Assembly (NCBI GenBank): GCA_016196035.1 | Contig: JACPYM010000099.1 | Location: 869-64,868, forward strand | Direction of reading: 5' to 3' | Source: Acidobacteriota bacterium | Lineage (GTDB): Bacteria; Acidobacteriota; Blastocatellia; RBC074 | Length of the DNA: 64,000 nt | Shown: piece after piece, positions 1-10,370 of the stretch | Position numbering within the stretch: position 1 is the stretch's first letter | Layout: each line of letters opens with the position of its first letter | Translations under genes and position numbers: made by a program | Notes under the pieces: generated by a model | Seen by the model: only the letters and a program-made list of their open reading frames with translations | Database searches by the model: none | What the model was told of the DNA's origin: nothing

Positions 1-49
1 CCCGGTACGAGCCGTTGGTGCGCTGCACAACTACATCAAGGTCTCTCAT
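1..49 (-). CDS. 5' end of a gene running off the window (MRDLDVVVQRTNGSYR...), function unknown
   Basis: ATG at 49 preceded by AAAGGAG Shine-Dalgarno on the minus strand; frame open to base 1. Confidence 0.55.
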   Translation of the reverse strand, partial: MRDLDVVVQRTNGSYR

Positions 50-66
50 AACTGCTCCTTTCGGCC

Positions 67-105
67 AACAGGGTAACGCAAAATCACTGCTTGCGTTACC
101 CTGTT
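67..105. repeat. Perfect 15-bp inverted repeat (REP-like or terminator hairpin) after the tricorn gene
   Basis: AACAGGGTAACGCAA-N9-TTGCGTTACCCTGTT. Confidence 0.75.
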
Positions 106-115
106 CGCCAGCGCC

Positions 116-3100
116 TCAATTCCCCGATCCAGCCGCCGCCGGTTTCCCATAATTCGGGAACGCCGGACGCTTGCTCGGTTGCGGCGGATTGCGTTTCAAC
201 TCATCCAGCAACAGCGCCACGGCTTTTTCGAGTTGCGGGTCGCGTCCTTGCCGCCACAGCGCGGGATCGAATTCGACTTCGACATCCGGGCTGACGCCGA
301 CGTTTTCGACTTCCCATGCGCCGTTGAGGCCATAAATTGCCCCATCCGGCGCGCGCACGACGCCGCCGTCCATCAGTTGCGGCATCGGGAACGAGGCGAC
401 CAGGCCGCCCCAGGTTTTCTTGCCGACGAGTTGGCCGACGTTCAGCTTGCGGAAATACCAGGGCATCGCGTCGCCGCCGGAACCGGCCATTTCATTGACG
501 ATCATGACCTTCGGCCCGTAAATCGCGCCCGAGGGCGAAGACAAATCTTGTCCGCCTTCACGGAAAAAGACATTGCTCAGTTTTTTGCGCGCGAGCGTCT
601 CGACCACGTAATCGGCCAGGTAGCCGCCATTGTTGAAACGTTCGTCAATCACCGCGCCCTGCTTGTCGGTTTGCGCGAAGAAGTAGCGCGTGAAGTTGAT
701 GTAACCGCCATTCGCCGTGTCGGGCAGATGCACGTAGGCCAGCTTGCCGCCGCTCAGTTCCGACACCTTGCGGCGATTGCTTTCGATCCAATCCAGATTG
801 CGCAGGCCCAGTTCATTGCCGGTCGGCACGACGGTGACTTCGCGCGCGCCTGTGCCGTCGGGATTGGGGCCGACTTTGATGACGACCTGTTTGCCCGCCT
901 TGCTCTCAAAGAAGCTGTAGACGTTGTCCGTCCCGCGCACATCGCGGCCATTGACGGCCAGCAGGTATTCGCCCGCTTTGACGTTGATGCCGGGTTGCGT
1001 GAGCGGCGCGCGCAAACGCGGGTTCCAGTTTTCACCGTTATAAACCTTGGCGAACCGGTAGCGCCCGTTTTCGAGTTTGTAATCGGCGCCTAGCAAGCCG
1101 ACCGCGACAAAGTTCGGATTGGGCACGTCGCCGCCGCCGATAAACATGTGGCCGACGGTGAGTTGGTTGCACATGTCGTTGAACAGGTAATTCAGGTCGC
1201 TGCGATGGGCGACGGCTTTCACGTATGGCTCGTACAGCTTTTCGAGCGCTTTCAGATCCATGCCGTGCGCGTTCGGCGCGTAAAAGAAATCGCGTTCGCC
1301 ACGCCAGACCTCTTTGAACATCTGCCGCCATTCGGCCTGCGGGTCAACGTGCACTTCCATCTCGGCCATCTTCAGCACATTCGGTCCGCCCGGCGCGCCT
1401 GGCGGCATGGGCGTCCCAAGCGTTGCGGCGTTGGCGATCACCCAATTCCCTGCCGGGCCGAAGCCCTGCCGGTAAAGCACCTTTTCGCCATTCGCCGAAA
1501 CGATGAAGGCGGCCACGTTGTCGAGCGCCTTGTCGAATTTGCGTTTCTCGAAATCGAATTTATGCAGCGTGCCGCTCGCAGGGCCGGTCGGGTCAACATT
1601 GACCGGCGGATTTTCAATCAGATAGATCGTGCCCGCTTTGCCCGCGAGCAATTCGCCATAAGGTTTGGGCGGAATCGGCAACGAAACGATGCGTTGACCG
1701 ATGCCTTCCAAATCAATGCGCACCGGGTCTGGCTCTTTCTTCGCGGGCGGAGTTGCAGGTTTAGCCGCCGCTGCGTCAGCTTTCTTTTCGCCTTCGGCTG
1801 GTTTGTCAGCGGGTTTGGCATCATCCTTTTTCGGCTCGTCCTTTTTCTCGTCCGCCACTTTCTCTTCGTCACTTTCAGGCGCGAGCGGCGAGGGCTGATC
1901 GTTGCGCAAGACGATGGCGTAAACGCTGCGCGTGGCTTGATGCGCAATGGCCGAAAGATCAATCCAACTGATGCTGGGGCCGATGTCAGTGCTGGCGGTG
2001 AAGTACAAATACTTGCCGCCTTTGTCGAAGGCCGGATAACGCGCGTCGCTCAAGCCATCGGTGAGTTGGTCGGCCTTGCCCGTTTCGAGCGAGTAGGCAA
2101 AAACGGCGCGCAACAGATTCGGCAGTTGTTTGGTATACGCAATCCAACGGCTGTCGGGCGCCCACACCGGCTGCATCACGTCTTCATTAAAGCCAATCGG
2201 GTTGGCGTCCACTTTGACCGGCGTGCCTTTCTCGATGTCTAGATACCAAAGCTGCAATTTCTTGTCGAAGTAAGCGATCTTCTTGGAATCGGGCGACCAG
2301 GTCGGCGCGAAATAAAAGGTCTGCGGCGTGCTGGGTTTGAACTTCTTGACCTCGCCCGTGCCCTTTTGATCGCGCAGGTGCAATTCGTATTCGCCCGACT
2401 CGTCGCTGAAATAGGCAATCCACTTGCCGTCGGGCGACCACGACGGATCGCGTTCCATCACGCCGGAAGTGTTGGTCAGATTGCGCGGATCGCCTTTTTC
2501 CGCCGGGACGCTGATGATTTCGCCGCGCGCTTCAAACACAGCCCGCGCGCCCGTCGGCGAAAGGGCGGCCAGTACCTTGCCCGTTTGTATCGAAGTCGCC
2601 ACGCGGTTGCCGACCTTTTCAAAACGCGGGCGCAACGAGAGCAGATCATTGTTGACGCGGATGTTGACGGGTTGTGACTTGCCTGACTTGAGGTCGTAAA
2701 GATGAATTGAGCCGAGCCGTTCATACACAATCACGCCCGGCCCCGCCGACGCCGATTTGATGTCCAACTCGGCGGGCGGCACGCATTGCGTGATCTTTTT
2801 GGTTTTGGTGTCGAAGGAGAACAGCGTCACCGCGCCGCTGGGGCTGTTGCGATCAGAGAGGAAATAAACCTTGTCGCCCACCCACATCGGATTCCGATCA
2901 ATCGAATTTTCATGCGGCAGCTTTTCGATGGAAGAGTCCGCCAGTTTGGCGAGCCAGATCACATCCTGCTGCCCGCCGTGATAGCGCTTCCATTCGGGTT
3001 GCCATTGGAACAGCGGTTCGTAGGCCAGCGATAAACCATCCGGCGAATACGCGCCGCGTTCGGCCATCGGCAGCGGCACGGGCGTCGGGAAGCCGCCTTC

Positions 3101-3526
3101 GGTGCTGATGGTATAGAGCCGGAAAAAGATATTCGCATAGCTTTCGCGCAGCGAGCTAAACAACACCTGCTTGCCGTCGTTCGTCCAGCCCACCGCGATG
3201 TCCGGCCCCGGATGATAAGTCAGCCGCTTCGGCACGCCGCCACTGGCGGGGACGATAAACACATCGGTGTTTCCGTCATACGCGCCCGTAAAGGCGATCT
3301 GCGTCCCGTCCGGCGAAAAGTGCGGATCGCTTTCATCGCCCACGCCGCTGGTCAGGCGTTTGGCGTCGCCGCCCTCGCGCGGCACGCTCCACAAATCGCC
3401 CGCGTAGGCGAACACGATATGTGTGCGGTTGACGGTGGGTTTCTGGAACAGCGTCGCCTCTTGCGCCGAAACGACGCCGGCGAACGTGAGCAAGAACAAA
3501 ATTGCTGCGGTGATAGTTCGTTTCAT
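116..3526 (-). CDS. Tricorn-like S41 family protease (signal peptide, PD40 beta-propellers, PDZ, S41 catalytic domain)
   Basis: 1136 aa; N-terminal signal peptide; repeated PxFSPDG/PxWSPD motifs; IDERFNNGG and NEMAGSGGD catalytic-serine region; ENVGVSPD and DPQLEKA C-terminus. Confidence 0.93.
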   Translation of the reverse strand: MKRTITAAILFLLTFAGVVSAQEATLFQKPTVNRTHIVFAYAGDLWSVPREGGDAKRLTSGVGDESDPHFSPDGTQIAFTGAYDGNTDVFIVPASGGVPKRLTYHPGPDIAVGWTNDGKQVLFSSLRESYANIFFRLYTISTEGGFPTPVPLPMAERGAYSPDGLSLAYEPLFQWQPEWKRYHGGQQDVIWLAKLADSSIEKLPHENSIDRNPMWVGDKVYFLSDRNSPSGAVTLFSFDTKTKKITQCVPPAELDIKSASAGPGVIVYERLGSIHLYDLKSGKSQPVNIRVNNDLLSLRPRFEKVGNRVATSIQTGKVLAALSPTGARAVFEARGEIISVPAEKGDPRNLTNTSGVMERDPSWSPDGKWIAYFSDESGEYELHLRDQKGTGEVKKFKPSTPQTFYFAPTWSPDSKKIAYFDKKLQLWYLDIEKGTPVKVDANPIGFNEDVMQPVWAPDSRWIAYTKQLPNLLRAVFAYSLETGKADQLTDGLSDARYPAFDKGGKYLYFTASTDIGPSISWIDLSAIAHQATRSVYAIVLRNDQPSPLAPESDEEKVADEKKDEPKKDDAKPADKPAEGEKKADAAAAKPATPPAKKEPDPVRIDLEGIGQRIVSLPIPPKPYGELLAGKAGTIYLIENPPVNVDPTGPASGTLHKFDFEKRKFDKALDNVAAFIVSANGEKVLYRQGFGPAGNWVIANAATLGTPMPPGAPGGPNVLKMAEMEVHVDPQAEWRQMFKEVWRGERDFFYAPNAHGMDLKALEKLYEPYVKAVAHRSDLNYLFNDMCNQLTVGHMFIGGGDVPNPNFVAVGLLGADYKLENGRYRFAKVYNGENWNPRLRAPLTQPGINVKAGEYLLAVNGRDVRGTDNVYSFFESKAGKQVVIKVGPNPDGTGAREVTVVPTGNELGLRNLDWIESNRRKVSELSGGKLAYVHLPDTANGGYINFTRYFFAQTDKQGAVIDERFNNGGYLADYVVETLARKKLSNVFFREGGQDLSSPSGAIYGPKVMIVNEMAGSGGDAMPWYFRKLNVGQLVGKKTWGGLVASFPMPQLMDGGVVRAPDGAIYGLNGAWEVENVGVSPDVEVEFDPALWRQGRDPQLEKAVALLLDELKRNPPQPSKRPAFPNYGKPAAAGSGN

Positions 3527-3545
3527 GTTGTTGGTTCCTCACGAC

Positions 3546-3644
3546 GTACAGCAGGCTGCCAGCCTGCTGTAGATTTGGCGAAAGATGTAATCAGGCGGCG
3601 GCGTAATCCGCGCAAGCCCTCAGCAGGCTGGCAGCCTGCTGTAC
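3546..3644. repeat. REPIN-like element, family A: two inverted copies of a 24-nt palindromic REP
   Basis: GTACAGCAGGCTGCCAGCCTGCTG (3546-3569) and its reverse complement (3621-3644); identical pair at 17952-18079. Confidence 0.9.
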
Positions 3645-3650
3645 AGACGA

Positions 3651-5042
3651 TCAAAACCCCGGCTGGCTAATGTTTTTCGTGTCCAGCTTCGGCGCATATT
3701 TTTTCGCCACGCTCTCGATCTCGCTGGCTTTGCCGATCAGCACGAAGACGAGATTGTCGAGCGGGTAATACTGTTTGATGACGCGCTGGGCATCGGCCAG
3801 CGTCATCGCGTCAATCTGTTTGTAGTAATCGTTAATGTCGCGCTCGTCCAGGCCGTAAAACTCCAGCGAAGCAAGCAGGTTCGCCAGTTGGTCGCTGGTC
3901 TCGATGGTCGGCGGGAATTGGCCTTTGATGTAATTCTTGGCCGACTGCAAATCCTTTTCACTGACGCCTTGCGTGTGCAGCCGGTTCAGGATTTCCAGCG
4001 TCAGGTCAATGGCCTTTTCGGTCGTCGCGTTGCGCGTGTAGGTTGAAATCACGAACGGCCCGCGCGCCTTGCGCTGTTCAAACCGCGCACTCGCTCCATA
4101 CGTCAGCCCCGAACTCACGCGCAGCGCATCGTTCAACATCGAAGTAAACCGTCCGCCAAACAGCGTGTTGATGACGCCGATGTAAACGCGGTCGGCATTC
4201 GAGCGCGCGATGCCTACATTGCCGATTTGGTAATAAGTCTGCGTCGCATCGGGCTTGTCCACCAGCAAGAGCTTTTTGCCCGCGACCGGTTGCGGCTCGG
4301 GCAGATTCACCGTGGGCGCTTGCTTATTCGGCCACGCGCCGAATTTACTGCCGAGCAGGCTTTCCATCTCGGCAGTATTGAAATCACCGGCGACGACCAT
4401 GATCGTATTCGACGGCGTGTAATAGCTCTCGTAAAACTTCGCGATGTCATCGCGGGTCAACGCCGCCAGTGATTTTTCATCGCCGCTGGTCGGGCGCGCG
4501 TAAGGATGCGCGCCGTACAGGTAGGCATTGAAATACTCGCCGATCACGCCCTGCGCCTGATCTTTGGCGGACTTTAACCCGTCAATGTTCTGCTTCAACA
4601 GCTTCTCAACTTCAGCGGGCGGAAAGGCTGAATTCAACAAGCAGTCGCTGAAAATCTCCAAGCCCTGCGCCAAATCCTTTTTGACGAATTCGGCGCGGCC
4701 ACTGGTGAAATCGAGCCCCGCGTTGCCGAAAAACTGCGCGCCGATGAAATCCAAATCCGCCGCGATTTGATCGGCGTTGCGCATCTTGGTGCCCTTGCGC
4801 AACAGGCTGGCGGTCAGCGCGGCCACGCCCTCTTTGCCCGCCGGGTCAGCGGTCGAACCGGCTTTGACAATAAAGCTGAAACTGATGAGCGGCAGGTCGT
4901 GCTGTTCGAGCAGTAACACGGTCAGGCCGTTTTTGAGTTTGGCTTTTTTGAAGGGCGGCAACTTGAGTCCGGCAGTTTGCGCGGGAAGGTTGGGCGCGGT
5001 GAAGAGCGCAATCAGAATGATGGTTGCGAATCGTTTTAGCAT
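3651..5042 (-). CDS. M16 (pitrilysin) family peptidase, non-catalytic partner subunit, secreted
   Basis: Start moved to MLKRF (GGGGAG SD, signal peptide); LKNGL, GKEGVAALTASLL, FTSMLNDALRVSSGLTYG; lacks HxxEH. Confidence 0.88.
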   Translation of the reverse strand: MLKRFATIILIALFTAPNLPAQTAGLKLPPFKKAKLKNGLTVLLLEQHDLPLISFSFIVKAGSTADPAGKEGVAALTASLLRKGTKMRNADQIAADLDFIGAQFFGNAGLDFTSGRAEFVKKDLAQGLEIFSDCLLNSAFPPAEVEKLLKQNIDGLKSAKDQAQGVIGEYFNAYLYGAHPYARPTSGDEKSLAALTRDDIAKFYESYYTPSNTIMVVAGDFNTAEMESLLGSKFGAWPNKQAPTVNLPEPQPVAGKKLLLVDKPDATQTYYQIGNVGIARSNADRVYIGVINTLFGGRFTSMLNDALRVSSGLTYGASARFEQRKARGPFVISTYTRNATTEKAIDLTLEILNRLHTQGVSEKDLQSAKNYIKGQFPPTIETSDQLANLLASLEFYGLDERDINDYYKQIDAMTLADAQRVIKQYYPLDNLVFVLIGKASEIESVAKKYAPKLDTKNISQPGF

Positions 5043-5053
5043 AGGGGTTCTCC

Positions 5054-5176
5054 CCTGGGTACGCAGCGCTTCCAGCGTGCTGGCTTGGCAATTGACGGCT
5101 GGTGGCTGAAAGGAAGCCCTCCGGCCAGCTTCCGTCTGCCGCCAAGACTGCACGCAAGGATGCGTGCGTACCCAGG
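5054..5176. repeat. REP-like inverted pair, family B
   Basis: CCTGGGTACGCAGCGCTTCCAGCGTGC (5054-5080) versus GCACGCAAGGATGCGTGCGTACCCAGG (5150-5176); imperfect inverted repeats, each internally palindromic. Confidence 0.75.
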
Positions 5177-6496
5177 TTATTGCTTCTCCGGCACCAGCGT
5201 CACAACGGTGCGGTTCTTCTCGTTGAAATACTGTTTGGCCACGCGCTGCACGTCTTCTTTCGTCACCTTGGCGTAATCATCGGCGGCGCTGAACAGCTTT
5301 TGGTAATCGCCGAAGAAGACTTCGTAGGTGCCGATGGTGTTGGCCTTGCCGCTGATGGTTTTCATCTGGCGATAAAAGCCGGCCAGCAGGATGTTGCGCG
5401 CCTTCTGCAATTCGTTGTCGGTGACGCCGGCGTTTTTGACTTTGTCGAACTCTTCGTAAATCGCGGCTTCGACCTGCGCCGGCGCGACGTTGGCTTTGGG
5501 CTGCGCGTTCACGGTGAAGAGCGTCGGATCGAAGGTTGCGCCGAAGCCGCCATTCACGAACAACGCCAGTTGATCTTTGTCCACCAGGCGCTGATACATC
5601 CGCGAGCTTTGGCCCGAAAACAAAATTGTTTGCAGCATCTGCAAGGCGTAATAGTCGGCGTGCCGCGCTTCAGGCACGTGATAGCCCAGCAGCAAAATCG
5701 GCAGTTGCGCGAATTTCTTGACCACGGCGCGGCGTTCGCCCAACTGTTCAGGCTCGCGCGTCGTGACAGGCGCGGGCGCGGCGTGTGACGGAATCGGTTC
5801 GATGTATTTTTCGGCCAGCTTGAAAATCTCTTCGGCAGTGATGTCGCCGCTGACGACCATCGTCGCGTTCGACGGCGCATAGCCCATCTCGAAATGCCGC
5901 TTGAGGTCTTCGAGCTTCCAGTTCTCAATGTCCACCATCCAGCCGACGACCGGCCACTGGTATGGGTGGGCGGTGTAAGCGTCGGCATAAAGCTGTTCGA
6001 ACAAGATGCCGAAGTTGTTGGCGTCCACCGACGAGCGCCGTTCGGAAGCGACGACGCCACGCTCGGATTCGATAATCTTGGGATCAAAGCTCAGATCGCG
6101 GATGCGGTCGGCTTCGAGATCGAAGATCAGTTCGAGCGCCGATTTGGGAAACCAGTCCTGATAGACGGTCAGGTCGCGATTGGTATAGGCGTTGTTCGAG
6201 CCGCCCGCCGCTTCCATCGTCTGGTCAAATTGTTTCGGGCCGTATTTCTTGGCGCCGTTGAACATCATGTGCTCAAAGAAATGCGAAAGCCCTGTCGTGC
6301 CGGGGCGTTCGTTGCGCGAGCCGATGCGATAGAAGACGTACAGCGCAACGTTCGGGATCGAACGGTCTTCTTCGACGATGATCTTCATGCCGTTTTTGAG
6401 CGTGTGCGTTTTGATTTGGAATTGCTGGGCAAAAACGTCGCTGGCAAGCAGCGCGAGTAAGGCAAGCAGGAGGCTTGCACATTTCCCTGGCCTCAT
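5177..6496 (-). CDS. M16 family zinc peptidase, catalytic subunit, secreted
   Basis: GLSHFFEHMMF (HxxEH), NAYT, ERGVVASERR, HPYQWPVVGW; signal peptide; GGGAG SD. Confidence 0.93.
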   Translation of the reverse strand: MRPGKCASLLLALLALLASDVFAQQFQIKTHTLKNGMKIIVEEDRSIPNVALYVFYRIGSRNERPGTTGLSHFFEHMMFNGAKKYGPKQFDQTMEAAGGSNNAYTNRDLTVYQDWFPKSALELIFDLEADRIRDLSFDPKIIESERGVVASERRSSVDANNFGILFEQLYADAYTAHPYQWPVVGWMVDIENWKLEDLKRHFEMGYAPSNATMVVSGDITAEEIFKLAEKYIEPIPSHAAPAPVTTREPEQLGERRAVVKKFAQLPILLLGYHVPEARHADYYALQMLQTILFSGQSSRMYQRLVDKDQLALFVNGGFGATFDPTLFTVNAQPKANVAPAQVEAAIYEEFDKVKNAGVTDNELQKARNILLAGFYRQMKTISGKANTIGTYEVFFGDYQKLFSAADDYAKVTKEDVQRVAKQYFNEKNRTVVTLVPEKQ

Positions 6497-6769
6497 AACT
6501 TTCTCCCTTTTGAATCAGGATCATGCGGAACTGCATTTGAAATCGGATGCTATCTGAACAGCGGCTTACGCAGCAAGCGCGGACAGGGTTTCAGCGAATT
6601 TGGCTGTAGTTGTAATCCAGTTGTAAAAGGTTCAGCGCCAAGTCTGGCGGGCCGCACAGGGGCCCCAATTTTTTACCGAAAGAATTATTTCTGCCGGTAA
6701 ATGTTTCGGGGCTGTTGCCGCCTTTACCTGAACTTGGCGTGCCAGGGCAACTCAGACAAAGCGCGGCGC

Positions 6770-6892
6770 ACGGGGACGGTGCCGCGCGCGTGAGCAAGCG
6801 GCGGCTGGACGTGAGCAAGCGACGGCTGGAAGGTTACCCCCTTGCGCCAAACCTGCGATGCCGCTTGCTCACGCGCGCGGCACCGTCCCCGT
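6770..6892. repeat. REPIN-like element, family C: 33-bp perfect terminal inverted repeats with an internal 21-bp tandem duplication
   Basis: ACGGGGACGGTGCCGCGCGCGTGAGCAAGCGGC ... reverse complement at 6860-6892; relatives at 23655-23752 and 44555-44623. Confidence 0.9.
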
Positions 6893-7520
6893 TGCTCTTT
6901 CCCTGGCCCTGCTCCCGAATTTTTTACAGGAAGAGTTATTTTTAGAAAAAAAGCATTTGCACCCCAACGCCAGGTATTTTTCGGCCAGCTTCGCCGCACT
7001 CATACAGCGGGAGAAACTGTTTACCGTGGCCGCCCGCCTGCATCGTCCCGTTTTTTTAGGAACGATTCGGGCACGGCAGTCCCCGGTACAGTCTCGGGAG
7101 CGATAGCGCTTGGGCGAGTTATAGCAAGCGACTCGTTGTATGCAGGTACGCCAACCGCTATCGTTCCCGACACCACGACAAGCTCGCGGCGAGGCGTTGG
7201 TAACCCGGCCTCGTTACGGTTGCCTGAATCAGGCGAGTTATGCCAAACTGCCTTTGCTCTTAAAAGCAAAGACGGGACATCACAGAACGAAGGATTTCCC
7301 CCAGCCATAACAAAGATTTTCCGCGCTAAAAAAGCGATTGGCTCTGCTGGCATTGAAAGCTGTCGTGACGCTCAAAGCGGTACAGAGTTGACCGTCACTG
7401 GTTATTTGCAGTTCAGCTTGTTGTTCTCTTTCTCCCACGCGGTACAACTCAAGACCCTAGATTGCATTGATTGGTTTGCCGCACATTTGGTGCGACCGGT
7501 CTGACAATCAAACAACGCGA

Positions 7521-8846
7521 ATGAAAAACGCACTTACCAAATTGGCAGTGATGGGCGGCTTGGCGCTGGCGGCAATCTTCCAGGCGTTAACTGGTTCCGC
7601 CGTCCAAGCCAATGTGACGGGGCCGCCATCGTCACGCACGGGCGCGCCCAACTTAGGTGTCATCGCCGCCGAGCCGAATTGCACGGCTTGTCACGGTCCC
7701 TTTCTGGTCAACGGCGGGCCGGGCGAAATCAGCTTGAGCGGGTTGCCGCCGGTTTACACGCCAGGGCAGGAAATCGCTGTGACCGTCAGCATCACGCAAT
7801 CGGGCCGGGGCCGCTTCGGCTTTGAGGCGATGGCGCTCGAAGACCTGGGTCGCCGCGCCGGTGAGTTGCGCGTGACCGAGGCGACGCGCACCCGCCTGGT
7901 CGAGGGACAAGGCGCGTTTGGCGGTCGGCAATACATACAGCACTTGCAACCCGGCACAACGCCCAACCCGCCGGGGCAGAATAGTTGGAGCTTTCTCTGG
8001 CGCGCGCCGGCGCAAAGCGTGGGCCGCGTGACGTTTTATGTCGCGGTCAACGCGGCGGATGGCACCGGCGGCACGGGCAACGATTACATCTACACCACCA
8101 GCCAAAGCCTGCAACCGGCGGGCAGCCCGGTGACGGCATCGGCGGCCAGCCTGGTGCAAACCGGTTCGCTGACGGTGGAATCTATCGCCACGCTGTTCGG
8201 GGCCAATCTCTCAGACGGTGTCGCTGCTGCCGCCACGACGCCGCTGCCCGTCGAATTGGCGGGCGCAAAAATCCGCGTGCGCGATCAGGCGGGTGTCGAA
8301 CGCGACGCATCGCTCTTTTTCGCCGCGCCGTCACAAATTAACTACTTAATTCCGCGCGGCACGGGCAATGGCATTGCGACGATCAGTGCGTTGCGTAACG
8401 GCACGGTCATTGGCAGCGCCACGCAATTGATCGAAACGGTCGCGCCCGCGCTCTTCACTGCCAATGCCACCGGGCAAGGCGTGCCGGCAGCGGTGCTCTT
8501 GCGCCGCAATGCCGCCGGGCAGGATCGCATCGAACCGGTGACCGCCTTCAATAGCACGACAGGCCGTTATGAAGCCGTGCCGCTTGATTTGGGGCCGGTC
8601 AGCGACCAGGTCTTTTTGATTGCCTTCGGCAGTGGCTTTCGCAATCGCGTGGCCAACAACAACATCGCTTGCCTAATCGGTGAAGTGGAATCCGAAGTGC
8701 TTTTTCTAGGCGCGCAAGGCTCGCTCGAAGGTGTGGATCAATTGAATGTGCGCATTCCACGCAATCTGGCGGGCCGCGGCGAAGTGCCGGTGCAGTTGAA
8801 CGTCAATGGCAAACGCGCCAACACGGTGACCATAAATTTCCGATAG
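7521..8846 (+). CDS. Secreted Reeler-like (choice-of-anchor V-like) protein with CxxCH and a TIGR03437-like C-terminal domain, copy 1
   Basis: Start MKNAL; signal peptide; TGAP...CTACH; FGFE, YIQH, WSFLWRAP, VTFYVAVNAADG, DYIY; C-terminal LFFAAPSQINYLIP, PALFTANATGQG, GVDQLNVRIP. Confidence 0.82.
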   Translation: MKNALTKLAVMGGLALAAIFQALTGSAVQANVTGPPSSRTGAPNLGVIAAEPNCTACHGPFLVNGGPGEISLSGLPPVYTPGQEIAVTVSITQSGRGRFGFEAMALEDLGRRAGELRVTEATRTRLVEGQGAFGGRQYIQHLQPGTTPNPPGQNSWSFLWRAPAQSVGRVTFYVAVNAADGTGGTGNDYIYTTSQSLQPAGSPVTASAASLVQTGSLTVESIATLFGANLSDGVAAAATTPLPVELAGAKIRVRDQAGVERDASLFFAAPSQINYLIPRGTGNGIATISALRNGTVIGSATQLIETVAPALFTANATGQGVPAAVLLRRNAAGQDRIEPVTAFNSTTGRYEAVPLDLGPVSDQVFLIAFGSGFRNRVANNNIACLIGEVESEVLFLGAQGSLEGVDQLNVRIPRNLAGRGEVPVQLNVNGKRANTVTINFR

Positions 8847-9037
8847 ACAATTTCCGGTAGCGCGTTTTGTGTGCAGCAAAACCGGCGAGGCTCCGTTCAT
8901 TCTGCAACCCCGAGCAGCCCCCAGACACTGCCCGGCAGAGGCAGTTCAAACACAGCAAAACTAGCAGTAAAACAAAATCACGGCTGACAAAAAAATCAGT
9001 CAACCTGGCAACTTTTAACAGGAAGGATCAAGACTCC

Positions 9038-10366
9038 ATGCAGCAACCCACAAAGACGCTATCCCTTTGTCTCAAGCTTACTCTCACGGCCCTTTTCGGT
9101 TTTGGGGCCATCACGTATTGCTACTACGGACCATCCGCCGCCGCCTTTTCGGGCGGCCCGCCCGCCTCGCGCACGCTGGCGCCGGTGCTGGGCACGTTCC
9201 CGGTGGAGACCGCCTGTAACGCCTGCCATCAGTCGTTTCCCTTGAATAGTGGTCCGGGCGTACTCTCTATCAGTGGCCTGCCTGCGACGTACATGCCCAA
9301 TCAGGAAATCACCGTTACGGTGCGGGTCGCTCAGGCCGACCGTGGCCGCTATGGCTTTGAGGCACAAGTGCTCGACGATCAAGGCCGCAAAGCAGGTGAT
9401 TTGGTTGTCACGGATGCCGACCGCACCTCGCTCGTGGATGGCGCTGGCAATTTCGTAGGGCGGCAGTACATTCGTCACACGTTGGCCGGGGTTGCGCCCA
9501 ACGGCACGAATCAGAATAGTTGGAACTTCACTTGGAAGGCCCCAGTGCAAAGCGTGGGTCGCGTAACCTTCTTCGTCGCGGGCAACGCTGCAAATTTCAA
9601 TAGCGCGAACACGGGCGATTACATCTACACCACGAGCCAGAGCCTGCAACCGGCGGGCAGCATCGTGCTCGGTTCAGCCGCCAGTCTGGTGCAAACCGGC
9701 AATACGACAGCCGAAGGCATCGTCTCGATCTTCGGCACAGGTCTAGCGGATGCGATGGCGGCGGCGACCGTGCTGCCGCTGCCCACGACACTGGGCGGCG
9801 CGAGCGTGAAGGTGCGCGATTCTGGCGGAATGGAACGGAACGCCGGACTTTTCTTCGCGTCACCGCAACAAATCAACCTGCTGGTGCCCGCAGGCACGGC
9901 GGCGGGCATTGCCACCGTCACCGTGACACGCGGCACGTCCAGCCTGAACGCCACGATTCTGGTTGAAACGGTTGCGCCAACTCTTTTCACGGCGAATGCG
10001 AATGGCACAGGCGTTCCGGCTGCCGTGCTGGTACGACAGCGCGGCACGACACAAACCGTCGAGCCGGTCTTCCAGGGCGCGGCGGGCAATGCGCAGCCGT
10101 TGCCGATTGACTTAGGCCCCGAGGGCGATCAAGTTGTGCTCGTGCTATTCGGCAGCCAGTTTCGCGCCCGCACCGGCACGAACAACCGCGCCTTGCTCGG
10201 CGTCACAGACGCGACCGTCCAATTCGCTGGCGCACAGGGCGATCTGGTCGGCCTCGATCAAGCCAACATCCTCATTCCGCGCACATTGGTGGGTAGCGGT
10301 AACGTGAATGTCGGCTTAACCATTGATAATCGGCGCGCCAACTTGGTGACGATCAATATCAAGTAG
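9038..10366 (+). CDS. Secreted Reeler-like CxxCH protein with TIGR03437-like domain, copy 2
   Basis: Start MQQPT after GGAAGGA; CNACH; YIRH; WNFTWKAP; FFASPQQINLLVP; GLDQANILIP. Confidence 0.82.
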   Translation: MQQPTKTLSLCLKLTLTALFGFGAITYCYYGPSAAAFSGGPPASRTLAPVLGTFPVETACNACHQSFPLNSGPGVLSISGLPATYMPNQEITVTVRVAQADRGRYGFEAQVLDDQGRKAGDLVVTDADRTSLVDGAGNFVGRQYIRHTLAGVAPNGTNQNSWNFTWKAPVQSVGRVTFFVAGNAANFNSANTGDYIYTTSQSLQPAGSIVLGSAASLVQTGNTTAEGIVSIFGTGLADAMAAATVLPLPTTLGGASVKVRDSGGMERNAGLFFASPQQINLLVPAGTAAGIATVTVTRGTSSLNATILVETVAPTLFTANANGTGVPAAVLVRQRGTTQTVEPVFQGAAGNAQPLPIDLGPEGDQVVLVLFGSQFRARTGTNNRALLGVTDATVQFAGAQGDLVGLDQANILIPRTLVGSGNVNVGLTIDNRRANLVTINIK

Positions 10367-10370
10367 GCGG

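Noticed and set aside
179..2242. Long plus-strand ORFs (304 and 364 aa) opposite the tricorn gene, and similar antisense ORFs across the window
   Set aside because: Shadow frames expected from high-GC codon bias; no motifs
6591..7504. ORFs of 75-220 aa in the 1-kb gap between the M16 gene and the Reeler array
   Set aside because: They run through REP arms, lack SDs and recognisable motifs, and overlap in conflicting frames; likely divergent promoter DNA
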